Both the position numbers and the translations under genes were made by a program. Shown here in pieces: positions 62,476 through 64,000 of a stretch of 64,000 nucleotides of DNA. The notes beneath the pieces were generated by a model that was not told where the DNA came from, did no database searches, and saw only the letters and a list, made by a program, of their open reading frames with translations. Position 1 is the first letter of the stretch. Each line of letters opens with the position of its first letter. This DNA is from an uncultured Solibacteraceae bacterium. Its GTDB lineage: Bacteria; Acidobacteriota; Terriglobia; Bryobacterales; Bryobacteraceae. The stretch covers positions 22,562 to 86,561 of the forward strand of contig CAZBQQ010000003.1 in assembly GCA_964493965.1 (NCBI GenBank), written 5' to 3'.

Positions 62476-64000
62476 ATGAAAGAGACGTCCAAAGTCCGCA
62501 AGATTGCGTTTGTCGGCGATCACTTGCCACGCAAGTGCGGCATCGCCACGTTCACCGCCAACCTGCTCGACGCAGTCCAGACAGCGCATCCTTACAGCCA
62601 GTGCCTCGCCGTTTCGGTGAACGACGTTCAGGGCGGCTACGAGTACCCCGACGTGGTTCGCTTCGAGATTGAGGAGCAGGACGTGTCGTCCTATCTGCGC
62701 GCCGCGGACTTCCTCAATATCAGCAACGTGGACATCGTCTGCCTGCAGCACGAGTTCGGCATTTACGGCGGGCCCGCCGGCGCCTACATCCTGGCGCTCC
62801 TGCGCGAACTGAGAATGCCCATCGTCACGACCTTGCACACCGTTCTGCGCGACCCGAGCGTGGAGCAGCGCCGCGTGATGGAGGGGCTCGTCTCGCTCTC
62901 TACCCGCCTGGTGGTCATGGCCGACCGTGGACGGCAGATGCTGCAGGACATCTACCAGGCGCCGCCGGCCAAGATCGATCTCATCCCGCACGGGATTCCC
63001 GACGTGGGCTTCGTCGACCCGACCTATTTCAAGGACCAGTTCGGCGTGGAAGGCAGAGTGGTGCTGCTCACCTTCGGCCTGCTGTCTCCCAACAAGGGCA
63101 TCGAGCACGTGCTGAATGCCCTGCCGCCCATCCTGGCGGAGTTCCCCGACGTGGTCTACATCGTCCTCGGCGCCACGCATCCCAACGAACTGCGCGAGCA
63201 CGGCGAAGCTTACCGGCTCAGTCTCGAGATCCTCGCCCATAAGAACAAGGTAGACAAGAACGTCATCTTCTATAACCAGTTCGTGGAGCTCGAGAATCTC
63301 AAAGAGTTCATCGGCGCGGCGGACCTCTACATAACTCCCTACCTCAACGAGGCGCAGATCACGTCCGGGACGCTGGCTTACACGTTTGGCGCCGGCAAAG
63401 CGGTGGTGTCCACACCCTACTGGCACGCGGCGGAATTGCTCGCGGAAGACCGCGGTGTGCTGGTGCCGTTCGGCGACGCGCCAGCCATCGCACGCGAGGT
63501 GATCGGGCTGCTGCGCGACGACGTCCGCCGCCATGCCATGCGCAAGAACGCCTACAGGATAGGCCGCGACATGATCTGGAGCAATGTGGCGCAGATGTTT
63601 ATGCGCTCCTTCGAGTGCTCGCGCCTCGAGAAGGCGGCCCTGTCGCGAAAATCTCTGGCCACCAAGACGCTCGACCGCAAGCCCCGGGAACTGCCGAAGA
63701 TGAGACTGAGCCATCTCTCGCGCATGACCGATTCCACCGGCGTCTTCCAGCACGCCATTTTCAGCGTCCCCAATTTCTCCGAAGGCTACTGCACCGACGA
63801 CAACGCCCGCGCCTTCATCCTGTCCATCCTCCTCGGCGAGTTGGGCGACAACCCGGAGCGCGCGCGCACGCTGGCCACCACCTCCGCCGCTTTTCTCCAG
63901 CACGCTTTCGATGTCAAGACGAAGCGGTTCCACAACCTTCTGGGCTTCGACCGGCACTGGCTGGACGAACAGGGATCGGAGGACTGCCAGGGGCGGGCTC
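62476..64000 (+). CDS. glycosyltransferase (GT4/GT1-type) fused to an additional C-terminal domain; 3' end outside window
   Basis: Hand translation from ATG 62476 gives MKETSKVRKIAFVGDHLPRKCGIATFTANLL...VVLLTFGLLSPNKGIEHVL...ADLYITPYLNEAQITSGTLAYTFGAGKAVVSTP (E-x7-E-like region). This continues into ...TGVFQHAIFSVPNFSEGYCTDDNARAF with no stop before nt 64000. The ORF is not in the track because it is open-ended. Confidence 0.8.
   Translation, partial: MKETSKVRKIAFVGDHLPRKCGIATFTANLLDAVQTAHPYSQCLAVSVNDVQGGYEYPDVVRFEIEEQDVSSYLRAADFLNISNVDIVCLQHEFGIYGGPAGAYILALLRELRMPIVTTLHTVLRDPSVEQRRVMEGLVSLSTRLVVMADRGRQMLQDIYQAPPAKIDLIPHGIPDVGFVDPTYFKDQFGVEGRVVLLTFGLLSPNKGIEHVLNALPPILAEFPDVVYIVLGATHPNELREHGEAYRLSLEILAHKNKVDKNVIFYNQFVELENLKEFIGAADLYITPYLNEAQITSGTLAYTFGAGKAVVSTPYWHAAELLAEDRGVLVPFGDAPAIAREVIGLLRDDVRRHAMRKNAYRIGRDMIWSNVAQMFMRSFECSRLEKAALSRKSLATKTLDRKPRELPKMRLSHLSRMTDSTGVFQHAIFSVPNFSEGYCTDDNARAFILSILLGELGDNPERARTLATTSAAFLQHAFDVKTKRFHNLLGFDRHWLDEQGSEDCQGRA

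Overview
This is a GC-rich bacterial chromosomal window. No searches were possible, so every call rests on motif recognition in the translations and on inspection of the DNA. The gene content suggests Acidobacteriota (Solibacter/Bryobacter-like), but that is inference only; the supporting genes are a PEP-CTERM protein, an Acidobacteria-type VWA protein, two sigma-54 activators and many small stress membrane proteins.

nt 1-19346 is one co-directional operon for a phage-tail-like contractile injection system (CIS/eCIS). In order it encodes a sheath 3' end, a tube, a chaperone-slot gene overlapped by a -1-frame DUF6760-like ORF, a DUF4157 protein, a tube-like/LysM protein, a gpD-VgrG spike, a tip protein, gp25, gpJ, a P2 gpI-like protein and a fibre-slot protein. 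These are followed by an Ig-like protein, a Pro-rich tandem-repeat protein and two ~1100-aa DUF4157/HExxH proteins with unrecognisable C-terminal domains, which are candidate cargo. The island ends at a 3' remnant of a NodT-type efflux outer-membrane-factor gene.

Next is a partly decayed block. It holds a cNMP-binding FAD oxidoreductase, a PP2C phosphatase / frameshifted RsbW-like kinase / STAS module, and an MlaE 5' stub joined by deletion to the 3' part of an ABC auxiliary lipoprotein gene.

On the minus strand lie three tandem paralogous secreted collagen-like (Gly-X-Thr-rich) proteins whose last stop codon abuts the ATG of a 1281-aa internally duplicated GT-C-like membrane protein, plus a PEP-CTERM protein.

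The rest of the window contains:
- a Zn phospholipase-C-like protein and PBP1A;
- small stress proteins (GlsB/YeaQ, WXXGXW, CsbD, DUF3309, lmo0937-like, Thivi_2564-like);
- one operon joining an LPKTG protein, a VWA protein, a sortase, a response regulator, a CheB/CheR-PAS kinase and a second kinase;
- REP-like repeats, MgtA, an NtrC-type regulator and YihY/BrkB;
- GroES-GroEL, a PAS sigma-54 activator, malic enzyme and a 3'-open glycosyltransferase.

Many long ORFs in the track are antisense artefacts of stop-poor GC-rich DNA.
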